Shown: positions 10,612-20,444 of the stretch, one piece after another
How the letters are laid out: every line of letters begins with the position of its first letter
How positions within the stretch are numbered: position 1 is the first letter of the stretch
Origin: Craspedostauros australis
Lineage: Eukaryota
Direction of reading: 5' to 3'
NCBI GenBank assembly: GCA_030167865.1
Contig: JALAGF010004790.1
Location: forward strand, 1 to 32,019
Length of the DNA: 32,019 nt
Translations under genes and position numbers: made by a program
Notes under the pieces: generated by a model
Database searches by the model: none
What the model was told of the DNA's origin: nothing
What the model saw: only the letters and a program-made list of their open reading frames with translations

Positions 10612-13600
10612 TCAAGGCCCAGGCTTGCGTCGCTTGCGAGGCCGAATCGATCCCTTGCCTGGTGCTGCCAATGCGGCTGATGATGATGGTGGCGCATTGC
10701 CCACACCTCCTCCCGCTCCACCAAGGGCGGCACCTGCAGTGCTCAATTTCAGCTTCAGCCCCTTTTTTGGGATTGACGATGGGATTGGAGCTGCTCCTGC
10801 TGCTGCTGCCGTTGATGGTGCAGCGCCAGCCGCTGGAGGTTTGGGCTTCTTCAACGTGAGTTTGATGCGAAGGCGTTTCTTCTTCGGCGGCGACGGCTTG
10901 GGAATGTTCTCCTCGCCGAAGCCATTCTTCTTGAGGATGCGTTCCAGCTCCTTCTCGACTGACTTGCCGTCCTGCACAACCCACGAGCTATCCCCGTTGA
11001 ACTTCTTGGCGTTGGCGAACATCAGTTTCCAATCGTCCAGGTATTCGATCATGTTGGTGTACATCTTGCTGCGGCACTTTCGCAGAATGTCGTTGATGGC
11101 GATTGGCTTCTCGATCATCTCGTAGTAATCCGGGTACTGCTCGGGAGATGGCTTTTCGAGGAAGATATCGCACAGCCGGCGCTTCGTGGCAGGGTCCTTC
11201 AGCGTGGTCACCGACTTGGTGCAGCTGATGAGCTTGCGGAACGTCCAGTCCGTCAGCTGGCTCATGCTGCCATCGGCACCGGGTGCGAAACCGGTTCCTG
11301 CCGAGGCGGAATTCTGCCTCATCGATTTTTGCTTGGCCTTCTGCTTCTCTTCAGCATGTGCCTGGTTTTCCATGAGACGCAGGAACTGCTTCTCAGTCAG
11401 ACCGTCATCGTACATCACCTCCTTACGCTTTCTTGGGCCATCCGCCGCCGACGTCTTCTGCTGCAGCGCTGCGTCCTTCTTTCCCGTGGGGTACTTGATC
11501 CAGTCCGGAACTTCTGCAGGGTTTGTGTACAGACTGGCATCTCGAGCATTCGGGTTGTCCACCTTCTGCTTCTTGTCGTACGCATCGTAGAGCTGATAGT
11601 CGATTTCGTTGTTGCTCAGCAGATCGTTGATGTGGTCGTCCTCCTTCTCATCAATTTCACCGTCCTCCTCACCGTCTTCGTCGATGTCGTCAAGTGTGCC
11701 GGATGCATCTTCGGAGCCACGGTCGACGGGGTCAGTGAAGCTCTTGTCGTTCGTGTTGTTGGCAACGTGGGACGTTTCGAAGTCGGTGAGGAGGACCTCC
11801 ATCATCTTCTTGCGTTCCAAGCTGTTGTCGTTCTCCACGGATCGCTTGTCGAACTTGCCAGCCTCCACAACGAGCTCGCTCATGTTGAGCTTCTCCGTTG
11901 CTCGGCTGAGGATCTTTTCCTCCACAGGCGAGTTGGTCACCATGCGGAACACGCTGACGTCGCTGCGCTGTCCGATACGATGCGCGCGATCCTGGGCCTG
12001 GAGGTCCATCATGGGATTCCAGTCGCTGTCGTAGATCACGACCGTGTTGGCGGCAGTCAGGTTGAGACCCAGGCCACCGGCTCGTGTCGATAGCAGGAAG
12101 ATGAAGTACGGCGAATCGGGCGAGTTGAACTTGTACATGCGCTTCTCGCGCTCGTCGGCGGCCGTAGAACCATCGAGCCGGAGGGATAGGTACCCACGGT
12201 AGGCGAAGTAGTCCTCCAGGATCGTCATCACTGCCGTCATCTGCGTGAACATGAGTACGCGGTGACCTGCTGTCTTCAGCTTGGGCAGCATCTGATCAAG
12301 CAGGGCGATCTTTCCAGATGATCGAATGATGTTCTCATCGATGTGATAACCGTGAGGGGAGAACAGGTATGGATGATTGCACACCTTCCGCAGCTGCATG
12401 ACGATGTTATTCAATCCGCGGCCGGAGGCAGCAGAGCTCGTGCCATCCTGCTCGTTGATCGCCTTCGTGCTGATCTGCTTGTACAGCTCCTTCTGCCACG
12501 ACGACAGGTCGCAACGCAGCACCTTTTCCACCTTCTCGGGCAGCTGATCCAGCACCTCGCTCTTGACACGACGCAGCATGAATGGACGCAACAGCTCGTG
12601 AAGACGATGGATGATGAACATGCGTTCCTCGTTGGACAGGAAGTTGGCCTCTTCTTCCGCATTGGCCTCCTTCGATGCACCGAACTGCGAGAACGGCTTG
12701 TTGAACCATTGATCGAACGTCTCGATGGAGTTGAAGATGGCGGGCAAGAGAAAGTTCAGCAACGACCAAAGCTCGCTGAGATCATTCATCAGTGGTGTTC
12801 CTGTGAGGAGAAGACGGTACTTGGTGATGTACTGGGAGGAAAGGGTCACGACGAACTTGGATTGGGCATTCTTCATGCGGTGGCCCTCGTCGACGATTGC
12901 ATACTGCCATTCGATCTTGCGCAGGCTGGCCTTGTCTTTGATGATGTACTCGTACGTTGTGAGCAGCACGTTGAAGTGGCCCGATCGCACCTGATCCTTG
13001 TATATCTCTTTGCGCTGTGTTGGCGTTCCCTTGTAGCAGATGGTATGAGAGGACGGGCACCACTTCTGAAACTCGTTGACCCAATTGGATAGAGTGGAGA
13101 GTGGGACGATGACCAAGAATGGTCCCAAATTCTGTTTGATCTCCATGAGGTAGGAGACCAAGGAGATGGCCTGGATGGTCTTTCCCAACCCCATCTCGTC
13201 GGCCAGAATCCCGTTGAGCTTGTTGTTGTACAGCGACACCATCCACTGCAATCCGGAAAGCTGATACTCCTTGAGGTCACCGCCGACTAGGATGCTGGGC
13301 TGCCGCACCTCCTCCATGTGGACATGAGTAGAGGAATAGTAGGCACCAGCGCCCTTGTTCTTAGCCTCTTCGTCTTTGCCATCTCCCTTGCCGTTGCCAT
13401 CCTCGGACTTCTTGCTGCCGAGTGCGCTGTCCTCCACGGAGCGGACCTCCATGAGATTGTTGGAAATCTGCGAAAAATACTGCTCTGTCGACTGCATGAG
13501 GAACTGGAGGCGTTCGTTTTTCGTCTCCTTGAGTAGTTTGGAGTACGCATCCATATCATTCGCCTTGAGCGCGGCCATACGAGCCTTCTCGAGCTGTGCG

Positions 13601-16600
13601 GCGTCCTTCTCCTTTTGCTTCTCCTCCTTGATCTTCGCATCTCGGATGGACTTGGCCAGTCGCGATGCTTCGGCCTTGCGGGCCTTGTGGAACTTGAAGA
13701 AATCGGATTGATGTGATGCGATGGCTTTGGACAGCTCCTTGTGCTGCTTGTTGAGCTTGTCAGCCGTTGCGTGACGGACCTTGCGGATAATTCTGTCCAA
13801 ACTCTTTGTGATCTTCTTCGGCTCCAGCTTGACGCGTTTGAACTCGTCTGGGTCCAAGAGTTCCACCGATTCATCCTCGGCACCATCAAGAGCAGCCGCA
13901 ACAATCTTGGATGCATCCACAGAAGCTGAACTAGTGACAGCGCCCGCCACACCAGTAGTTGTTGAATCGGCAGCGGAGGCAGCAGGAACAGGGGTGGGCT
14001 TGGATGCCATGGCGGCTCGTTGGAATGACTTCATCTTTTGGGTGCGCAGTTTCTGTTGAAGGAGCTTGGCATCCTCGAGCATCTTGCGGCTGAGACGGGC
14101 ATGCTTGGCATAATTCGCATCTCTGGGACGTTTGGTGGCGTGTGCTGATCGCGCGATGCTGGCAATGGTGTGATTGACCGCAAGGAAGCGACCCTTCTGC
14201 ATCATGAAGACTCCGCTTTGAATTCGCTTCCATTTGTTGCGTTCCTCCTTTCGGAGTTTGATCTTGGCCGCGATCGCTGCTGCCATCTTCGCGGCTTCTT
14301 CCGCCGCTGCCTGTTGTGCGAGAGCAGCAGCTGATAGCTTTGGTGGGGCAGCTCTGGATGCCGACCCAGCGCCGGATGAGGAACCGGCCGACTTCTTGCC
14401 ACGGCCGCTTCCATTGAGGGTCGCCGCGGCGGCTGCCTTGGCCTTTTCCTTTTGCTGTTGCTTGAGCAGCTGTTGCTGTCGTTGTGCCTGCTGCTTCTGC
14501 AGTTTCTGTTGCTGCTTCAGCTGCTGTTGCTGTTGACGTTTTTGTTGCTTGAGCTGTTGCTGCTTCTGGCGTTGTTGCTGCTGTTGTAGCTTCAAGGCTT
14601 GTCGTTGCTGTTGTTGTTGCTGCTTTTTCAACAGTTGTTGCTGTTGCTGCTGCTGTTTCAAAGCCTGCTGTTGCTGCCGTTTGAGCTGGGCCTGTTGCTG
14701 CTTTTGGATCCTGAGCTGTTCCTGCTGTTGTCTCTGTTGCTGCTGACGTGCCTGAGCTTGCTGACGTGCCTGTGCTTGCGCCTGTGCCTGTGCTTGTGCC
14801 TGAGCTTGAGCCTTTGCCTGGGCCTGCTGTTGAGCTTGAGCTTGAGCTTGAGCCTGTTGTTGTTGCTGCTGCTGCTGTTGTTGTTGCTGCTGCTGCTGTT
14901 GTTGTTGCTGCTGTTGCAATCGGACTTGCTGATGCTGCCTTCGTTTCTGTGCTTCCCTTTCACGCGCAACTCTGGCGGCATTCATGATGGCGTGACGAGG
15001 CAGTCCGGTAGCAAGCGCTGCATTCATGAGGTCTTCCTGGATCTGTCCCTGGGGATGTCGGATGGCTGACCAAATGGCCTTGGCGAGCGCCTGCTTTGCC
15101 TCCGGACTGAGGACGACCTTTGGTTTGGACCGTACACCGTTGGGCCCGATGGTCACAGCTTGGTTCGGCGCGGGTACCAACGGTCTGGGCAGTGTCCCGG
15201 ATGCTCTCATGTTGACATTGTTTTGCATCGTGGGCTGTGCAGTAGGCTGGGCCGTTTGTGCTCTGGCGTGCATCGGTGTAACGTTTTGCATCTGATTGAA
15301 TGTGTTGGTTTGTGCAGGTGCCATGCGTTGTTGTTGTTGCTGCTGCTGCTGTGGTTGTTGTGGCTGATGCGGCTGTTGCTGTCGTGATTGCTGGTGATGA
15401 TGATTTTGCATTGGCTGCGATGTGGTTTGACGCTGAGCCATTTGCATTTGCATTCTCTGCTGCTGCTGTTGTTGATGTTGTTGTTGCTGCTGCATCTGTT
15501 GGGTGGAGCGGTATTGCTGTTGCTGTTGTTGCTGTTGTTGTTGCTGTTGCACCTGCTGTGGTTGGTGTTGATGAGTCGCAATTGGCGTGACTCCTTGATT
15601 CATCACTTGGGTGTGCTGTTGCCTCATTTGTTGCTGTTGGTGGTGTTGGTGAGTTGCAATTGGCGTGGCTACTTGGCTCCTAGCTTGAGTGTGTTGTTGG
15701 TGTTGTTGCTGCTGTTGTTGTTGCTGTTGCTGCTGAGGCTGATGTAAATGCTGCGTTTGACGAGGTTGAATCATGACTTGGGCTTGCTGGCGTTGCGTTT
15801 GCATGTGCTGATTTTGAGATGTCTGTTGTGCAAACATCCGAGCTGGTTGCTGTTGTTGCTGCCTCTGCTGCTGCTGTTGTTGTTGTTGTTGTTGCTGCTG
15901 CGGCTGGTGTTGGAAATGATTCATCTGTTGACGCTGCTGTTGCTGCTGTTGTTGTTGCATGATGGTGTTGGAATGCTGTGTAGCCTGCGTCCGATTCATC
16001 GCCTGGGGAATAGCATGTTGCTGCTGTTGAATGCGTTGCTGCTGGGTGTGTTGTCCCACCATGCTTGTGTTGGGACGTGGTGCAATCGTTTGCTGTGCAG
16101 ATGATGCAGAGGACAAGTTATTGTGCATCAACGGATTGGGAACAACCCAAGCAGAAGCACTGTTGCTGTTGGCTGAGCCGGTGCTTCTGTTGTTGTTGTT
16201 GTTGTTATTATTGCCAGTGTTCATGCCATTGTTGGAGGTGTTCAGGGTCGATATTGGTTGCACTGTGCTTTGGGCGGGCTGAAGCGGCACATGGTTTATG
16301 GTCTGGGTTCTCTGCTGCTGTTGATGTTGCTGTTGATGTTGCTGTTGCTGTTGATGCTGCATCTGCCGCATATGAGGCTGAACTGAGCGTGGCTGGATGG
16401 CCTGGACAGGCTGTATGGTTTGCATCGGTTGAATTGGTTGCAACCGCTGCTGCTGTTGTTGATGCTGCTGTTGACGCTGTTGTTGATGCTGCTGTTGGTG
16501 GTGTTGCTGCTGTTGCATCTGCGTTTGTCTTGGTTGCAAAGGAACCATCTGCTGGGCAGTGCCAACATTGCGTTGAGTCTGCATTGGCACGTGGCGATTG

Positions 16601-17388
16601 GATGCACCATTCATCGCTTGATTGGGCACCTGGTTCATCCCCATCTGCATACGAGGCTGCTGTTGTTGTTGGTGTGGCTGTTGATGTGGCTGTTGGTGCG
16701 GCTGTTGATGTTGCATGGAAGTCATCTGTCCAGCCAGAGTAGTGCCCACCGTGGTAGCCAACCGAATGCCGCCAGTTCTGGCAATTTGAGCCGTTCTTCT
16801 CGGCATTGTGCCTGAAGAACCGCCAGACACAGTCGACGAAGCCTGTGGTGCTACCGTGACTTGATTGGGAATGTGTTGCTGCCGCTGCTGGCCTTGCGAT
16901 CCACCATTCATGTACATGCTGTTGTTCATGCTGGTGTTCATGCGAGTGTTGTTGTTGTTGTTGCTGCTGCTGCTGTTCATGGCAGGCATTCCTCCCATGC
17001 GATTCACGTTGCCCGTGTTGTTCATGGTGTTGTTCATGCCGCTGTTCATGCCACCGTTCATGCCACTGTTCATGGTATTGTTCATGCCACTGTTCATGGT
17101 ATTGTTCATGCCACTGTTCATACCACCCATGCTGGACATGCCTCCCATCGTCACAGGGGCAGCCGCCCCACCTGCATTGCCAGGGGCACCCACACGTGAG
17201 GTAGCTGCCCCCGCATTGCCGCCACCGTGTAAATACGCGCGCTGTTGGACCGCTGCGGCATTCTGTGTAGAATTCAGTACCGGGATGGGGTTGGGCGTGA
17301 AACCCAGCGGTTGCAGAGAGCGATCGTTGCCATTTCCATTGCCACCGCCGCCATTGCCGAAGTGGCTCTGATTCTGATTGCTGCTCAT
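10612..17388 (-). CDS. SNF2: SWI/SNF ATPase of the SNF2/BRM (SMARCA2/4-like) subfamily; intronless, ~2258 aa
   Basis: Very long Q-rich N-terminus; HSA-like helix ending ...MAALKANDMDAYSKLLKETKNERLQFL; SNF2_N motifs (ADEMGLGKT, VDEGHR, LTGTPL); helicase C (LLSTRAGGLGLNL, QAQDRAHRIGQ); SnAC-like RKRKEVMYDDGLTEKQFL; C-terminal bromodomain (PDYYEMIEKPI...FANAKKFN). Confidence 0.95.
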   Translation of the reverse strand: MSSNQNQSHFGNGGGGNGNGNDRSLQPLGFTPNPIPVLNSTQNAAAVQQRAYLHGGGNAGAATSRVGAPGNAGGAAAPVTMGGMSSMGGMNSGMNNTMNSGMNNTMNSGMNGGMNSGMNNTMNNTGNVNRMGGMPAMNSSSSNNNNNTRMNTSMNNSMYMNGGSQGQQRQQHIPNQVTVAPQASSTVSGGSSGTMPRRTAQIARTGGIRLATTVGTTLAGQMTSMQHQQPHQQPHQQPHQQQQQPRMQMGMNQVPNQAMNGASNRHVPMQTQRNVGTAQQMVPLQPRQTQMQQQQHHQQQHQQQRQQQHQQQQQRLQPIQPMQTIQPVQAIQPRSVQPHMRQMQHQQQQQHQQQHQQQQRTQTINHVPLQPAQSTVQPISTLNTSNNGMNTGNNNNNNNNRSTGSANSNSASAWVVPNPLMHNNLSSASSAQQTIAPRPNTSMVGQHTQQQRIQQQQHAIPQAMNRTQATQHSNTIMQQQQQQQQRQQMNHFQHQPQQQQQQQQQQQQRQQQQQPARMFAQQTSQNQHMQTQRQQAQVMIQPRQTQHLHQPQQQQQQQQQQQHQQHTQARSQVATPIATHQHHQQQQMRQQHTQVMNQGVTPIATHQHQPQQVQQQQQQQQQQQQYRSTQQMQQQQQHQQQQQQRMQMQMAQRQTTSQPMQNHHHQQSRQQQPHQPQQPQQQQQQQQRMAPAQTNTFNQMQNVTPMHARAQTAQPTAQPTMQNNVNMRASGTLPRPLVPAPNQAVTIGPNGVRSKPKVVLSPEAKQALAKAIWSAIRHPQGQIQEDLMNAALATGLPRHAIMNAARVAREREAQKRRQHQQVRLQQQQQQQQQQQQQQQQQQQQQAQAQAQAQQQAQAKAQAQAQAQAQAQAQARQQAQARQQQQRQQQEQLRIQKQQQAQLKRQQQQALKQQQQQQQLLKKQQQQQQRQALKLQQQQQRQKQQQLKQQKRQQQQQLKQQQKLQKQQAQRQQQLLKQQQKEKAKAAAAATLNGSGRGKKSAGSSSGAGSASRAAPPKLSAAALAQQAAAEEAAKMAAAIAAKIKLRKEERNKWKRIQSGVFMMQKGRFLAVNHTIASIARSAHATKRPRDANYAKHARLSRKMLEDAKLLQQKLRTQKMKSFQRAAMASKPTPVPAASAADSTTTGVAGAVTSSASVDASKIVAAALDGAEDESVELLDPDEFKRVKLEPKKITKSLDRIIRKVRHATADKLNKQHKELSKAIASHQSDFFKFHKARKAEASRLAKSIRDAKIKEEKQKEKDAAQLEKARMAALKANDMDAYSKLLKETKNERLQFLMQSTEQYFSQISNNLMEVRSVEDSALGSKKSEDGNGKGDGKDEEAKNKGAGAYYSSTHVHMEEVRQPSILVGGDLKEYQLSGLQWMVSLYNNKLNGILADEMGLGKTIQAISLVSYLMEIKQNLGPFLVIVPLSTLSNWVNEFQKWCPSSHTICYKGTPTQRKEIYKDQVRSGHFNVLLTTYEYIIKDKASLRKIEWQYAIVDEGHRMKNAQSKFVVTLSSQYITKYRLLLTGTPLMNDLSELWSLLNFLLPAIFNSIETFDQWFNKPFSQFGASKEANAEEEANFLSNEERMFIIHRLHELLRPFMLRRVKSEVLDQLPEKVEKVLRCDLSSWQKELYKQISTKAINEQDGTSSAASGRGLNNIVMQLRKVCNHPYLFSPHGYHIDENIIRSSGKIALLDQMLPKLKTAGHRVLMFTQMTAVMTILEDYFAYRGYLSLRLDGSTAADEREKRMYKFNSPDSPYFIFLLSTRAGGLGLNLTAANTVVIYDSDWNPMMDLQAQDRAHRIGQRSDVSVFRMVTNSPVEEKILSRATEKLNMSELVVEAGKFDKRSVENDNSLERKKMMEVLLTDFETSHVANNTNDKSFTDPVDRGSEDASGTLDDIDEDGEEDGEIDEKEDDHINDLLSNNEIDYQLYDAYDKKQKVDNPNARDASLYTNPAEVPDWIKYPTGKKDAALQQKTSAADGPRKRKEVMYDDGLTEKQFLRLMENQAHAEEKQKAKQKSMRQNSASAGTGFAPGADGSMSQLTDWTFRKLISCTKSVTTLKDPATKRRLCDIFLEKPSPEQYPDYYEMIEKPIAINDILRKCRSKMYTNMIEYLDDWKLMFANAKKFNGDSSWVVQDGKSVEKELERILKKNGFGEENIPKPSPPKKKRLRIKLTLKKPKPPAAGAAPSTAAAAGAAPIPSSIPKKGLKLKLSTAGAALGGAGGGVGNAPPSSSAALAAPGKGSIRPRKRRKPGP
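14450..16690 (-). repeat. Coding CAG/CAA (polyQ, QA, QK, QH) low-complexity tracts in SNF2
   Basis: Numerous (ctg/ttg)n runs on the + strand; the translation shows long Q runs and AQAQAQ repeats. Confidence 0.95.
17020..17125 (-). repeat. Coding 12-bp tandem repeat (MNSG/MNNT/MNGG) in the SNF2 N-terminus
   Basis: Repeated ttcatgccactg / ttcatggtattg units on the + strand. Confidence 0.85.
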
Positions 17389-17837
17389 CGTCAATGAGCG
17401 CACCTGTTCTTTCCCTTCGTTGCGGTCGAGCGCAGCCGGACGCAATCCACCAAGAGGAACAGAAGGTCAAGACGGAACAGACCAAAGACGAACAATCCCA
17501 CAGACACAGCGCAATCTGCTCAAACACAAACCACAAACAACTGCAACCAAACCACCCGTTGTTTGTCCAAACAGACGATGGCGCACAACACCCTCACATG
17601 TCCCAACACGCATTCTCTCTTCTTGCCACTCCTTCCTCGCAAGTGTCAATCAGCGCTTTCGTTTTTCTTCATTCGTTCACAATCTGGTACATCTCTCGTA
17701 GAATTCTACGTGGACGCGAGATCGACGGCCAGACCATCGCTTCACTGCTGATTGACTGCCTGGATCAAATAATACAAAACGATTGATCCGTGATGATGAC
17801 CCACCACTCGCGTATTCGTGGCCGTAGACTGTGACAT

Positions 17838-17878
17838 GAACTACTCGTGCACGACGTTCACGTAGTTCCGTGACGTCA
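17838..17878. promoter_or_regulatory. Palindrome cluster with a TGACGTCA (CRE-type bZIP) site in the divergent SNF2/BolA intergenic region
   Basis: Inverted pair GAACTAC (17838-44) / GTAGTTC (17862-68) encloses the palindrome TCGTGCACGA (17845-54); TGACGTCA follows at 17871-78. Function is inferred only. Confidence 0.35.
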
Positions 17879-18107
17879 TCATCACAAGAAACATGACTTC
17901 TTTCGCTGTCTTCCGCGGATTTGTGCCCAACAATCAATCAGCCGAAGCTGGGAAGATCGCAATCAAGAGCCCGACCATCCAAACCAGCAAACAGCGTCGG
18001 CGGCACCATCACCATCACCAACGCAACAACGCAATAACAACACAACAACACAACACGCTTCCGACAGACAGCTTCTTGTTGATTGGCATCTGCATTGCTG
18101 CACCATC

Positions 18108-18821
18108 ATGCAACGAGCCTCCCTCCTCCAAGCTTTCGCCTTGATCACCATCATGCTTTCTTCCGCTGTCCGCGCATTCTCCGTGGCAGCCGTTCGCCGA
18201 ACGGTGGCGGCCTCATCATCGGTGGCATTCCAAAGCGCTGCAACGATCCCTCAACGAGGCAGCGCCCATCGATTGCAGCGGCCTGTCGCAGCCCAAGCGC
18301 TATTCATGAGCACGGGGGTCGATGAACCGGACACAACCATCGTTGACACCTGTCAGCAAAAGATCCAGGCAGCTCTCGAAGCCACCGATGTCAAGGTTAC
18401 AGGTGCGTGTCAACGGCCAATTTGAATAGAGTATAGAGCAGAGCACTGCGAATAAGGGCGCAGAGTGATGTTGTGATGGGTGCTCGACTTTGTCTCTCCA
18501 TCAAGCAAACCAGACTTCGTTGCACATTTGTGCTCTTCGTTTCACAGATAATCCAACTCACAGACTCATTTATTCTGCTTTGCATCGAATGCCCGAATGC
18601 AAATCAACCTGACATCATCATATGGTATGATACCTACCGCAGGCGCATACGATGATCCCAACGGATCTCACATTGCCATCGAGGTTGTCTCCACTAAATT
18701 CGAAGGAAAGCGCGCAGTCCAGCGACAGCAGCTGGTCTACAAGGCTATTTGGGAGGAACTGCAGGGACCTGTCCATGCTGTTGATTCCATGGTTTGCAAG
18801 ACGCCAGACGAGGCGTCCTAA
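18108..18821 (+). CDS. Plastid-targeted BolA-family protein (exons 18108-18402, 18643-18821; ~157 aa)
   Basis: Signal peptide [23 protein letters not shown]^FSV. A GTGCGT...CGCAG intron (18403-18642) restores [62 protein letters not shown], a BolA signature. Confidence 0.9.
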
Positions 18822-19364
18822 TGTTCTGCCGGCGGAGAGCTCTCATCAAATACTCGTCGTATAGCATGGTATTACAGTCATCAGCGTTGCTCTCATCCAT
18901 TATACTCCACTGGATTACGATTATATCTAGTAGAATATGTGATATGGTTTATTCGCTTTGACATCTTCTCCTCTGAGCACTCTGGATGCATTTGAGTGAA
19001 CGTCATTGCATTGCGCACAGAGGTATCTCAGTTGTCCTCGTGCTTCATCAGGAAAGACGTAACTGCGTGCTTTTGGTTCTGGCTCACATCGTCTTCAGGT
19101 CATAATCGGAGTCCTGATTCTCTTCTCGACACAATGCCCACGCAAGCGTACGTCAGATAGTAGATCGTCGTGCACCCTTCCTTCTGCGCAGTCCGTGGAC
19201 GCTGTGAATTCGCACAGTAGCATACCGACAATTAGAATATACCATGTGTTGGCTTTCTACAGTCTGTTTATTTGCATTATTATTGTTGTTTGTTTCTGTC
19301 TTCGCGCTGTTCTTGATGTTTTTAAGTTTGTTTCTTTTCTTTGGCGTTTTAGCACACCGAATTA

Positions 19365-20411
19365 TTACGAAGCCTTGATTTCGTTCAGGGCCTGGTTGGT
19401 GACGCTGGCGATGGCATTGCCGTCAGCCTTGGAAATCTGATGGTACTTGCCCATGGCGGCTGATGAGATCTCCTTGGCAAGACCGGTGGAGATGAACTTG
19501 TTCTCTGTGTCGATGCACAGCAGGTTGAATCCTGGCAGGGAGCCCATCTTCTTGGCGCAGGCCAGCACTTCTTCCTTCAGGTACTTGCGACTTGGCTTGC
19601 CTTCCTTGGAGTCCTCGTCGGCGTCTGGGTCGAACTCCTCGCCCATGGACACGCACATTGGGATGTTGGCGCGTCCGTCAGAGATGAGGACAACAACGAC
19701 CTTGCCCACATCTCCGCTCTTCTGGGCGTTAATTCCGGTGATCATGGCGCACTGCGAATGATTCATATTGTAGGTTTTGTGGTTGCAATGGCGTTCATGT
19801 GACAGCGTGTTGTGTCATGAGAAGACGAATGAATGGTTGAGATACGATGGACGCTCCACCGAACAAGCAGGCAAACAAAAAGCGGCCGACACCATCACAC
19901 AAACCATTGTGAGGGCAACATGCACACGAACACACTCCCGCGCTTTCACATACCTGCATAGCATGGGCCAACGGAGATCCACCTCCGCATGGCATCTGCT
20001 CGAGACGTTGTCTGGCCATGGTGATGGACTTGGTCGGTGGCAGAAGGACGTCGGCAAAGTCTCCCTGGAATGGGATGAGGGAGATCTGATCACGGCTCTG
20101 GTAGGCCTCCGTGAGGAGACTCATGGCGGCACCCTTGGCGGCGTTCATACGGTTGAGGGCCATGGATCCGGATGCGTCGACGCAGAAGATGATGAGAGAA
20201 CCGGCCTTGCGGGCCATCTTCTTGATGCGGACATCGGAGTTCTCGATATGGACACCACGAGATTCGTACTTGGTTCCGATGGCACGCTCACGGCGGGCTT
20301 TCTGGTATGGCGCGGAGGCACGCAGGGTGGCGTCGACTGTTTGGTGTGAAATGTAGTGGCGTGCAATGTGGTATTTGTATGGTCGCGATTTGGAAGCAAC
20401 AAACAATCATC

Positions 20412-20444
<33 letters not shown>

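Noticed and set aside
14234..17536. Poly-Leu, poly-Cys, poly-Ala and poly-Ser ORFs
   Set aside because: Alternative-frame and antisense readings of the SNF2 CAG/CAA tracts.
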